Shown in pieces: positions 25,729 through 33,308 of a DNA stretch of 64,000 nucleotides. Position 1 is the stretch's first letter. Every line of letters starts with the position of its first letter. The notes below the pieces were generated by a model. The model did not search any database. It was not told the origin of the DNA and saw only the letters and a list, made by a program, of their open reading frames with translations. The translations under genes were made by a program, and so were the position numbers. Source of the DNA: Candidatus Saccharimonadales bacterium (lineage in GTDB: Bacteria > Chloroflexota > Dormibacteria > Aeolococcales > Aeolococcaceae); contig DATKQX010000062.1 of assembly GCA_035532495.1 (NCBI GenBank), positions 47,261 through 111,260 on the forward strand, written 5' to 3'.

Positions 25729-26969
25729 CCGGTGGGACCGGGAATCGGCGCACCCCGGAGCGACTCCGGTGTACCGCGCACAACAGCGTCGGCGACGCGC
25801 AGCGCGCGCAGCGTCGCCGCAACATCGTGCACACGAACCATGTGCGCTCCTGCGCGTACAGCAAGTGTTGCGAATGCCAGGCTGCCCTCGAGCCGCTTGC
25901 TCTGATCCGCCCCGTCGGTGAGCAGGCCGATGGTTGATTTCCGCGATGGACCGACGAGGACGGGGCGACCGAGCCCGAGCAGCTCGCCCAGACGGCGAAT
26001 CAATTCGAGGTTGTGTGCCGGCGTTTTCGCGAACCCGAACCCCGGGTCGATGATCACGCGCTCGACGGGGATTCCCGCTGCCTCGGCGGCGGCGACACTC
26101 TCGCGGAGTCCGAGGCAGACATCGTCGAGGAGGTCGCCGTACTCGGTGCCGTGCTGGTTGTGCATGACGACGAGCCCGGTGCCGGGGTGCGCTGCAACGA
26201 CCCGAACCATGTCTGGATCACCGCGCAGGCCCCAGACGTCGTTGACGATGACGGCGCCCACGTCGAGCGCCGCGTCCGCGACGGCGGCTTTGCGAGTGTC
26301 GATGCTCATCGGGACCGTCAGCCGTCCCGCGAGCTCGCGGATCACCGGGATGACGCGGGTCATCTCGACGTCGACTGATACGGGCTCACGTGTCTTCGAC
26401 GGACGCGTGCTCTCGCCGCCGATATCGATGATATCCGCGCCTTCCTCGGCCAGCATCAGCGCGCGCCGCACGGCTGCGCCGGTATCGTCGCCGACACCGT
26501 CGCCGGAGAACGAGTCCGGCGTGACGTTGAGGATGCCCATGACCAGCGTGCGCGCTCCGAAGTCGAGGCGGTGGCCGGAGATCTCGAGCGGTTGGGGCGC
26601 GGTGCATCGGGACATGAGCACTGCTCCGATGGCGGCGCCGACCTCGCCTGTTCGCTCACTCCAGCCCGCGAGCTCGTCGGGGAGGGTGCCGGCGGCGAGC
26701 AGCGGCATGAGCACCACCGCGCGGTCCCCGTCGGTGTTGGTGAGCATCTCTCCACCGCCCCGGGCCACCAGCCGTTCCATCACACGGGCCTGGTCCTGGG
26801 TCAGCCCCCGGAGCGCCAGCGCCTCGACGGCGCCGCGGTGGGCCAGCACCATGAGCTTCTCGGCGGGAACGCCGAGGCGCAGCACGGCGTCGCGCAGCGC
26901 ATCGTCGGGTCCGGGCAGCAGCGCGCGCACGCTGTACCGAGCGGCGATCCGCGCGCTGACCGCGCACAT
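25725..26969 (-). CDS. folP: dihydropteroate synthase with ~130-aa N-terminal extension
   Basis: LVMGILNVTPDSFSGDG, DIGGESTRP, SIDT, INDVWG, DPGFGFAKT and VGPSRKS. Confidence 0.9.
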   Translation of the reverse strand: MCAVSARIAARYSVRALLPGPDDALRDAVLRLGVPAEKLMVLAHRGAVEALALRGLTQDQARVMERLVARGGGEMLTNTDGDRAVVLMPLLAAGTLPDELAGWSERTGEVGAAIGAVLMSRCTAPQPLEISGHRLDFGARTLVMGILNVTPDSFSGDGVGDDTGAAVRRALMLAEEGADIIDIGGESTRPSKTREPVSVDVEMTRVIPVIRELAGRLTVPMSIDTRKAAVADAALDVGAVIVNDVWGLRGDPDMVRVVAAHPGTGLVVMHNQHGTEYGDLLDDVCLGLRESVAAAEAAGIPVERVIIDPGFGFAKTPAHNLELIRRLGELLGLGRPVLVGPSRKSTIGLLTDGADQSKRLEGSLAFATLAVRAGAHMVRVHDVAATLRALRVADAVVRGTPESLRGAPIPGPTG

Positions 26970-26970
26970 C

Positions 26971-27465
26971 TCAGCCTGCGCCGGCGGGGATGTCCGGGGG
27001 TTGCAGCGCTCCTGCTTCGCGCTTGGGCACCATCACACGGCGCTTGAAGATGCAGACGCGCTCACCGTGCTGGTTGAACGCGCGTGTCTCGACGGTGACA
27101 ATCCCCCGGTCAGGCTTCGTCGATGACTCGCGCTTCTCGAGCACCGTGGTTTCCGCGTAGATGGTGTCGCCGTGGAACGTCGGGTGCTCGTGCTTGAGCG
27201 ACTCCACCTCGAGGTTGGCTATCGCCTTGCCGCTGATGTCCGCGACACTCATCCCGATCGCGAGGCTGTACACGAGGTTTCCGACGACCACGTTGCGCCC
27301 GAACTCGGTCTTCGTCTCCGCGTAGTGCGCGTCGGTGTGGAGCGGATGGTGATTCATGGTGATCAGGCAGAAGAGGTGGTCGTCTGCCTCGGTGATCGTC
27401 TTGCCGGGCCAGTGCCGGTACGTGGCGCCGACGTCGAACTCCTCGAAGTAGCGGCCGAACTGCAC
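26971..27465 (-). CDS. MaoC-like (R)-specific enoyl-CoA hydratase/dehydratase (hotdog fold)
   Basis: NHHPLHTDAHYA motif and hotdog-fold length. Resembles small mesaconyl-CoA/enoyl-CoA hydratases. Confidence 0.75.
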   Translation of the reverse strand: MQFGRYFEEFDVGATYRHWPGKTITEADDHLFCLITMNHHPLHTDAHYAETKTEFGRNVVVGNLVYSLAIGMSVADISGKAIANLEVESLKHEHPTFHGDTIYAETTVLEKRESSTKPDRGIVTVETRAFNQHGERVCIFKRRVMVPKREAGALQPPDIPAGAG

Positions 27466-27471
27466 GGTGGG

Positions 27472-28020
27472 TCAGGCCGCAGCGGACGGTGCGTCCGCTG
27501 CCCGCAGCGCGGCGAGCACACGGTCGAGCGGTGCGTGGTCACCGGCGGTGGCGCTGACGTGCCGGTAGAGCACCGTGTTCGCCGGCGCGATCACCAGGAC
27601 ACCACCCTGCTGGAACGGGTGGCCCTTGGTGGTCGTCTGACGGGCGCCGGTGCTGAACGCGCGCAGTCCGGCTCCCCATGCCTTCGGTCCGAGCGTCGAC
27701 ATGAGCCCCGAGCGGGCGCCGATCGCTCTGTACGTGACCAGGTCCGGGTCCGTCACGACGGTGGAGTCGGGCGCGAAGCGCTTCTGGAACCAGGCCGCGG
27801 CGCGTGGCGTGCCGTTGCCCACGAACACGATGCCCCCGTGGAGCGCCTCGATGTCCGGTCGAGCGGCGCGAACCTCGGCGACGTGCTCCCGGCAGAACAC
27901 GCAGCCGAAGTGGCGCAGCCAGACGACAACCGCTGGGTGGTCGCGCCATGCGTCGGCGAGACGGACGGGCTCACCGTCGGTGCCCTGGACGGAAGCGGCA
28001 ACGAGTGCACGTGTATCCAT
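27472..28020 (-). CDS. peroxiredoxin-like thioredoxin-fold protein
   Basis: HFGCVFC (CxxC) after a beta strand (AVVVWLR), AhpC/TSA-like layout. Confidence 0.6.
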   Translation of the reverse strand: MDTRALVAASVQGTDGEPVRLADAWRDHPAVVVWLRHFGCVFCREHVAEVRAARPDIEALHGGIVFVGNGTPRAAAWFQKRFAPDSTVVTDPDLVTYRAIGARSGLMSTLGPKAWGAGLRAFSTGARQTTTKGHPFQQGGVLVIAPANTVLYRHVSATAGDHAPLDRVLAALRAADAPSAAA

Positions 28021-28046
28021 GCTTCACCCTACTGTACGTGCCTGCG

Positions 28047-28910
28047 ATGCGATCCCGCCCCGACGCGTCGGACTCGTCCGCCACTCTTGTGCATGGCGAG
28101 GCACTCGATGTCCTCCGCACCCTGCCGGCGGGATGTGCCGGCCTCGTGTACGTCGATCCCCCGTTCAACACCGGCGGTCCGCGCCAGGGGCTGCGCACCA
28201 CCGCGACGCTGGATGCCGAGGGGTCGCGATTCGGGTTCGCGGGCCGCCGCTACCGGACCGAACGGAGGGACGGCGCGCGTTTCGATGATCGCTTCGACGA
28301 TTACGCCGGGTGGTTGCGACCGCGACTCGTCGAGACGCGCCGGATCCTGGCGCCCCACGGCAGCCTCTATTTCCACATCGATCCTCGCGAGTCGCACTAC
28401 TGCAAGGTGCTGCTCGACGAGATCTTCGGCCGCGAGTGCTTCCTCAACGAGGTGGTGTGGGCGTACGACTACGGCGCACGAACGAAACGGCGATGGCCGG
28501 CAAAGCACGACGTCATCCTCGTCTACGTGCGCGACCCGCGCCTCTATCACTTCGACGCGAGCGAGGTGCCGCGCGAGCCGTACATGGCACCTCGGCTGCA
28601 GACACCTGAGCGGGCAGCGCGCGGCAAAACACCCACCGACGTCTGGTGGCACACCATCGTGCCGACGTCGTCGCGAGAGCGCACCGGATACCCCACGCAG
28701 AAGCCGCTCGGCATCCTGCGCAGGATCGTGGCCGCCTCGTCGCGACCGGGGGAGTTGGTGGTCGACTGGTGCGCGGGCAGCGGCACCACCGGTGTCGCCG
28801 CAGCCGAGCTCGGGAGAAGGTTCCTGCTCATCGATGATCAGGAGGCCGCGATTGCCGTCATGCGCTCGCGACTCGCCCACGTCCCTGGGCTGGAGATCAT
28901 CAAGCGCTGA
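28047..28910 (+). CDS. beta-class N6-adenine/N4-cytosine DNA methyltransferase (orphan)
   Basis: Motif IV VYVDPPFNTG precedes GYPTQKP and motif I VVDWCAGSGTTG (beta-class order). ATG 28047 lies inside track ORF 27804..28910. Confidence 0.85.
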   Translation: MRSRPDASDSSATLVHGEALDVLRTLPAGCAGLVYVDPPFNTGGPRQGLRTTATLDAEGSRFGFAGRRYRTERRDGARFDDRFDDYAGWLRPRLVETRRILAPHGSLYFHIDPRESHYCKVLLDEIFGRECFLNEVVWAYDYGARTKRRWPAKHDVILVYVRDPRLYHFDASEVPREPYMAPRLQTPERAARGKTPTDVWWHTIVPTSSRERTGYPTQKPLGILRRIVAASSRPGELVVDWCAGSGTTGVAAAELGRRFLLIDDQEAAIAVMRSRLAHVPGLEIIKR

Positions 28911-30063
28911 TGCGGTAGCGCTCCAGGAGACCTTTGGCGATGATGACGCGCTGAATCTCGTTGGTCCCCTCGCCGATGATCAGCAGTGGCGCATCCCGAT
29001 AGAGACGCTCCACCTCGTACTCCTTCGAGAATCCGTAGCCGCCGTGCACGCGCATCGCCTCGCTGACAACCTCGAAGCAGGTCTCGGTGGCGAAAAGCTT
29101 GGCCATGCCGCACTCGATGTCGGCCCGCTCGCCGGCGTCCTTCTTGCGCGCCGCAAAGTTCGTGAGGAGTCGCGCCGCCTGGATCTTCGTCGCCATGTCG
29201 GCGAGCTTGAACTGGATGGCCTGATGCTCGGCGATGGGCACGCCAAAGGCATGACGCTGCTGCGCATATGCGATGGAAAGCTCGAAAGCACGCTGGGCAA
29301 CGCCCACGCCGCGCGCGGCAACGTTCACGCGCCCGAGCTCGATCGCCGCCATCATCTGCTTGAACCCCTGGCCCTCGGCGCCACCGAGCAGATTCGAGGC
29401 CGGTTGACGGTTGCTGTCGAAGACGAGCTCCGTGGTCTCGACACCGCGATACCCGAGCTTCTCGATATGGCGTGACGCTGTGAACCCCGGGTACTGCTTC
29501 TCGGCGAGGATGCAGGACATCCCGCGGTGCGGTGGTGCGGCGCCGGGGTCAGTCTTCACGAGGGTTGCGACCACCGTCGAGTGCGCCCCGTTGGTGGCCC
29601 ACATCTTGGTGCCGTTGATGACATAGTCGCCGTTGTCGAGGACGGCACGCGTCTGGATCGCCTGCACGTCGGAGCCGCAGTTGGGCTCGCTCATCGAGAA
29701 TCCACCGTGGAATTCCCCGGTCGCCATGCGCGGCAGGAATCGCTGCCGCTGTTCGTCCGTGCCGAACTTCTCGATCAGGAAGCTGACGATGAAATGGGTG
29801 TTGATGATCCCGGTGATCGACATCCAGCCGCGAGCGATCTCCTCACAGACCATGGCGTAGGTCGCGTAGTCGAGCCCGGTGCCGCCGTACTCCTCGGGCA
29901 CAGCGAAGCCGAAGAATCCGAGCCGCTTCATCTGCGCAACGATCCCTTCCGGGTAGGTGTCGTCGTGCTCCAGGTCGTGCGCGACCGGGATGATCTCCCG
30001 CTCCACGAAATCCCGGACCATGCCGACGATCTCGCGCTGCTCGGTCGTCAGATCGATGGACAC
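28900..30063 (-). CDS. acyl-CoA dehydrogenase
   Basis: Full-length ACAD pattern: GFSMSEPNCGSD, KMWATNG, YAQQRHAFGVPIAEHQAIQFKLADM and IGEGTNEIQR. Confidence 0.9.
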   Translation of the reverse strand: MSIDLTTEQREIVGMVRDFVEREIIPVAHDLEHDDTYPEGIVAQMKRLGFFGFAVPEEYGGTGLDYATYAMVCEEIARGWMSITGIINTHFIVSFLIEKFGTDEQRQRFLPRMATGEFHGGFSMSEPNCGSDVQAIQTRAVLDNGDYVINGTKMWATNGAHSTVVATLVKTDPGAAPPHRGMSCILAEKQYPGFTASRHIEKLGYRGVETTELVFDSNRQPASNLLGGAEGQGFKQMMAAIELGRVNVAARGVGVAQRAFELSIAYAQQRHAFGVPIAEHQAIQFKLADMATKIQAARLLTNFAARKKDAGERADIECGMAKLFATETCFEVVSEAMRVHGGYGFSKEYEVERLYRDAPLLIIGEGTNEIQRVIIAKGLLERYRISA

Positions 30064-30079
30064 GACACGAGTCTAGTCG

Positions 30080-30805
30080 TCAGGCCCGTGCGACCCCGAG
30101 GATGTGCACCCGGGCGCTCTCCAGCGCGGGCATTGCGAGGACGCGCTCGATACCGAACGAGGTCTCGAGCAGCGCCCGGTTGAATGCGATGTACGACGGA
30201 TCGCCGTTGTACATGAGGCGACTCCGCTCAAAGCCGGCCGCGTTCAGCAGTCGGTGCAACCGGGCACTGCTGTTGGCCCGATAGCGGACCGGGTAGGCAT
30301 CGCCCTCGCCGCGGCCGTAGAGGCGCCGGGTCAGCGCTGCATGCCATCGATGCGGCACGGCCCGGATCATCCATGCGTTGTAGTTCCGCGCGTTCGGCGT
30401 CACGAAGACGAACCGTCCGCCGTCGACGAGCACGCGGCGGACCTCGGAGAACACCAGGCCGGGATGGTCGAGATGCTCGAGCACCCAGGCTGACGCGACG
30501 ATGTCGAAGGAGGCGGCTGCGAAGGGCAGATCCTCGCCTGAGCCAACCACTCGATGCGACACCACCGCGTTGCCCGCGAGCGCGTCCGGGTCAGGGTCGA
30601 CGCCGACGACGGTGGTCTCGGGCGCACAGGAAAGGTCGTCCCCGTGCAGGCCGTTGCGTCCGCAGCCGAGGTCGAGCATCCGTGCACCCGGGTGCGCGAC
30701 GCTCCCGATCAGGGAGCGGTAGCGGGTCACGCTGTCGACCCATGACGGGTTGCGACGGCGGTACTCGTCTCGCGCGCGAACCTGTCTCTCGAAGCCTCCC
30801 GCCAT
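30080..30805 (-). CDS. class I SAM-dependent methyltransferase (Methyltransf_11-like)
   Basis: Motif I MLDLGCGRNG, post-I VGVDPD, and LEHLDHP...VLVDGGRFVFVTPN. Confidence 0.75.
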   Translation of the reverse strand: MAGGFERQVRARDEYRRRNPSWVDSVTRYRSLIGSVAHPGARMLDLGCGRNGLHGDDLSCAPETTVVGVDPDPDALAGNAVVSHRVVGSGEDLPFAAASFDIVASAWVLEHLDHPGLVFSEVRRVLVDGGRFVFVTPNARNYNAWMIRAVPHRWHAALTRRLYGRGEGDAYPVRYRANSSARLHRLLNAAGFERSRLMYNGDPSYIAFNRALLETSFGIERVLAMPALESARVHILGVARA

Positions 30806-30852
30806 TCGGTTGGCAGTGTAGGGCGGAGCTGCGCTGCTAGAGTTGCCGAGAT

Positions 30853-31701
30853 GTGCGAACGGCCGTTCGCGAGATGATCGCCCGCCCGCTTGACGGAGCC
30901 GAGGCGGTATCCAACGCTGCGATGGGAAGCTTCGACATCCGCACGCAGGACTGCATCGCGTTGCTTCGCGATCGGGCGGATTCGTCCGTCGACGTCATCG
31001 TCACCGACCCCGCGTACTCAGGCATGAATCAGCACATGCGCTTCGGGCACGGCCGCATCGTCGGCAGCTATGGCAAGCCGGACAACGAACGGTGGTTCCA
31101 CGAGTTCTCCGACGACCCGGAGACGTATCGGGTCTTCCTTGCGGAGTGCGCGCGCGTGCTCCGTCCGGACCGGCACGTCTACATCATGTTCGACAGCTTC
31201 TCGATGCTCTCGCTGGGTGCGCTCGTGCGCGAGTACTTCGATGTGAAAGGCGTGATCGTCTGGGACAAGGTGCATCTTGGGATGGGTCACTACTTCCGCC
31301 GCCGCCACGAGCAGATCGTGTTCGCGAGCAAGGGTCGGCGCAAGGTCGCGCGCCGGGATCTGGCTGACGTCTGGGCCGTACCGCGCATGCATCGCGCCGC
31401 GTACCCGACGCAGAAACCCGTGCGGCTCTTCGAGATGATGCTCGAGGCCAGCGCCGAGCCAGGGTTCACGGTGTGCGACCCCTTCTGTGGCAGTGGTTCC
31501 TCGGCGGTTGCCGCTGTGCGTCTCGGATGCGACTTCATCGGAGCCGACATCGATCCGCGCGCGGTCGAGATGGCGCGCGACCGACTGACGGCGGTGGTGG
31601 CCACCGGCCGCGACCCGCTGGAGCCGGCCCGCCTCCGGCCGGGCCCCACGTCGAGCGACCCCATATCAGTCGGCCGTCGACTCCCTGGGCTGCGCAGCTG
31701 A
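30853..31701 (+). CDS. beta-class DNA methyltransferase with atypical DPAY motif IV (orphan)
   Basis: VDVIVTDPAYSG precedes AYPTQKP and motif I VCDPFCGSGSS. Start is GTG 30853 or ATG 30922. Confidence 0.8.
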   Translation: MRTAVREMIARPLDGAEAVSNAAMGSFDIRTQDCIALLRDRADSSVDVIVTDPAYSGMNQHMRFGHGRIVGSYGKPDNERWFHEFSDDPETYRVFLAECARVLRPDRHVYIMFDSFSMLSLGALVREYFDVKGVIVWDKVHLGMGHYFRRRHEQIVFASKGRRKVARRDLADVWAVPRMHRAAYPTQKPVRLFEMMLEASAEPGFTVCDPFCGSGSSAVAAVRLGCDFIGADIDPRAVEMARDRLTAVVATGRDPLEPARLRPGPTSSDPISVGRRLPGLRS

Positions 31702-32616
31702 GGGCGTGAGTCCAGCCGCCATGCCGCGCGCGTAGAAACCCATCGCGATCTTTCGCGACGCCTCATCGATCATCTCGTCGCCGAGCATCACCGCGCCTCG
31801 GCGGTCCACCTCGGTCGCACGCCGATATGCCTCGAGGATCTGTGCCGCCTTGTCGAAGTCGGCCTGCGCCGGCGTGAACGCCTCATTCGCCGGCTCGATC
31901 TGCGACGGATGCAGCGCCCACTTACCGTCGTAGCCCAGTGCTGCCGCTCGTGCCGCCGACGCTCGGTATCCGGCAACGTCGTGGATCGCGAGGTACGGCC
32001 CATCGATCACCTGGATGCCCGCCGCTCGGGCGGCGACCGCGAGCTTGAAGAGCACGTAGTGGAAGATGTCGCCGGGGTACGTGTCGTTGTTCCGCACCGT
32101 CAGCGACGGCAGCTGCATCGACGCCGAGAAGTCGGCGGGCCCGAAGGTCAACGTCTCCAGGCGCGCGCTGGAGAAGGCGATCTCATCCGCGCGCATGAGC
32201 CCTTCCGCGTCCTCGATCTGCGCCTCGATGCCGATACGGCCGGCGGGAAACCCCAGGGATTGCTCCAGCTGGAGCAGCGCGCGATCGACGAATGCGACAT
32301 CCCCGGGGTTGCGCACCTTGGGGACCATGATGCAGTCGATGACATCGCCGGCACCGCCGATGACCTCGCGCAGATCGTCGAAGGCGAATTCGCTCGTGAC
32401 CTGGTTGATGCGCACGACCCGCGTCTTGCCGTGCCAGTCGTGGGTGCGCAGCGCCTCGACGATCCTGCCGCGCGCCGCCGGCTTCTCGAGTGGCGCGCAC
32501 GCGTCCTCGAGGTCGAGGAAGACCTCGTCGGCCGCGCTCGCCGCGGCCTTCTCCATCATCCGCGGGTTACTGCCAGGAACGGCGAGAACGGAACGGCGAA
32601 GTCGGGCCGCGGACAC
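31666..32616 (-). CDS. HpcH/HpaI-CitE family CoA-ester lyase (malyl-CoA/citryl-CoA lyase-like)
   Basis: RSVLAVPGSNPRMMEKA, VFLDLEDA, VRIN, MVPKV, IEAQIEDAEG and FGPADF. Confidence 0.8.
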   Translation of the reverse strand: MSAARLRRSVLAVPGSNPRMMEKAAASAADEVFLDLEDACAPLEKPAARGRIVEALRTHDWHGKTRVVRINQVTSEFAFDDLREVIGGAGDVIDCIMVPKVRNPGDVAFVDRALLQLEQSLGFPAGRIGIEAQIEDAEGLMRADEIAFSSARLETLTFGPADFSASMQLPSLTVRNNDTYPGDIFHYVLFKLAVAARAAGIQVIDGPYLAIHDVAGYRASAARAAALGYDGKWALHPSQIEPANEAFTPAQADFDKAAQILEAYRRATEVDRRGAVMLGDEMIDEASRKIAMGFYARGMAAGLTPSAAQPRESTAD

Positions 32617-32622
32617 GCTCAG

Positions 32623-33129
32623 CTAGTCCTTTGAAGGAGCCGGCCGGTCGTCGGAAGGAGAGTCGCGATCGTCGAACGGAGTGTCGTCGCGCGGCTTGCG
32701 ATCCTTCGGCGGTGACGGTCGATCGTCCGGCGGCACGTTGGCGTCGGGGGTGATGCCCTCCATCCCCGGCATGCCCCCGAACAGGCCGCCGAGCATCTGC
32801 TGGAACTGCTCGGGACCCCCGAGGTCGTCCTGGACGCGCTCGAACATGCGGGCCATGAGGTCCTGGAGCTGCGGATCCTCCGAGAGCTTCTCCTGCAGCC
32901 CACCGAGCTGGGACATCAACTGTTCCATCTGCACTTCCTGCGCGACCTGCATGAGCACCGGCTGGGATGCCGCCGCGGCAACGACCTGCACCTGCTGGCG
33001 GATCACCTCGAAGCCTTTGCAGGCCATGCATGTGCCCTGGTGCTGGCACCGGCACAGCTGCGACTTGAGCTTGTCGAGCTCGGAATGGATGCCGCTGAGA
33101 TCGACGCCGGGGGTTGGGTTGTCGGCCAT
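32623..33129 (-). CDS. hypothetical Cys-cluster/Gln-Met-rich protein with acidic Pro-rich tail
   Basis: Preferred start ATG 33129 (MADNPTPGVDLSG...). Features CRCQHQGTCMACKG, then a Q/M/L-rich segment and DDRPSPPKDRKPRDD repeats. No family recognised. Confidence 0.45.
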   Translation of the reverse strand: MADNPTPGVDLSGIHSELDKLKSQLCRCQHQGTCMACKGFEVIRQQVQVVAAAASQPVLMQVAQEVQMEQLMSQLGGLQEKLSEDPQLQDLMARMFERVQDDLGGPEQFQQMLGGLFGGMPGMEGITPDANVPPDDRPSPPKDRKPRDDTPFDDRDSPSDDRPAPSKD

Positions 33130-33169
33130 GCACTGATCGTAGTGGAGACAACCCTTCACACCGTTGACG

Positions 33170-33197
33170 TTGCACCGTTGCTCCGATCGGGTATAGT
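33170..33197 (+). promoter_or_regulatory. sigma70-like promoter candidate TTGCAC-16 nt-TATAGT upstream of the helicase gene
   Basis: Read directly: -35 at 33170-33175 and -10 at 33192-33197. It lies ~110 nt upstream of the first possible helicase start. Confidence 0.3.
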
Positions 33198-33308
33198 CGC
33201 TGACAGACGGGAGCCCTCGGGCGTCCCCGCGGTTGACGTCGATCGGATCGTCGCCCCGCGTGCAAAAGCACCGCCCGAAGCCGTCCCGAAGTCCATTCAT
33301 TTGCGCCG

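Noticed and set aside
27172-29475. 767-aa ORF on the plus strand
   Set aside because: It runs antisense or out of frame across four well-supported genes (MaoC, peroxiredoxin-like, MTase in another frame, ACAD) and has Arg/Pro-rich composition.
28900-31701. Search for a restriction endonuclease or specificity subunit partnering the two DNA methyltransferases
   Set aside because: The intervening and flanking ORFs have clear metabolic signatures (ACAD, class I SAM-MTase, CoA lyase, peroxiredoxin-like). No PD-(D/E)xK, HNH or GIY-YIG candidate was seen.
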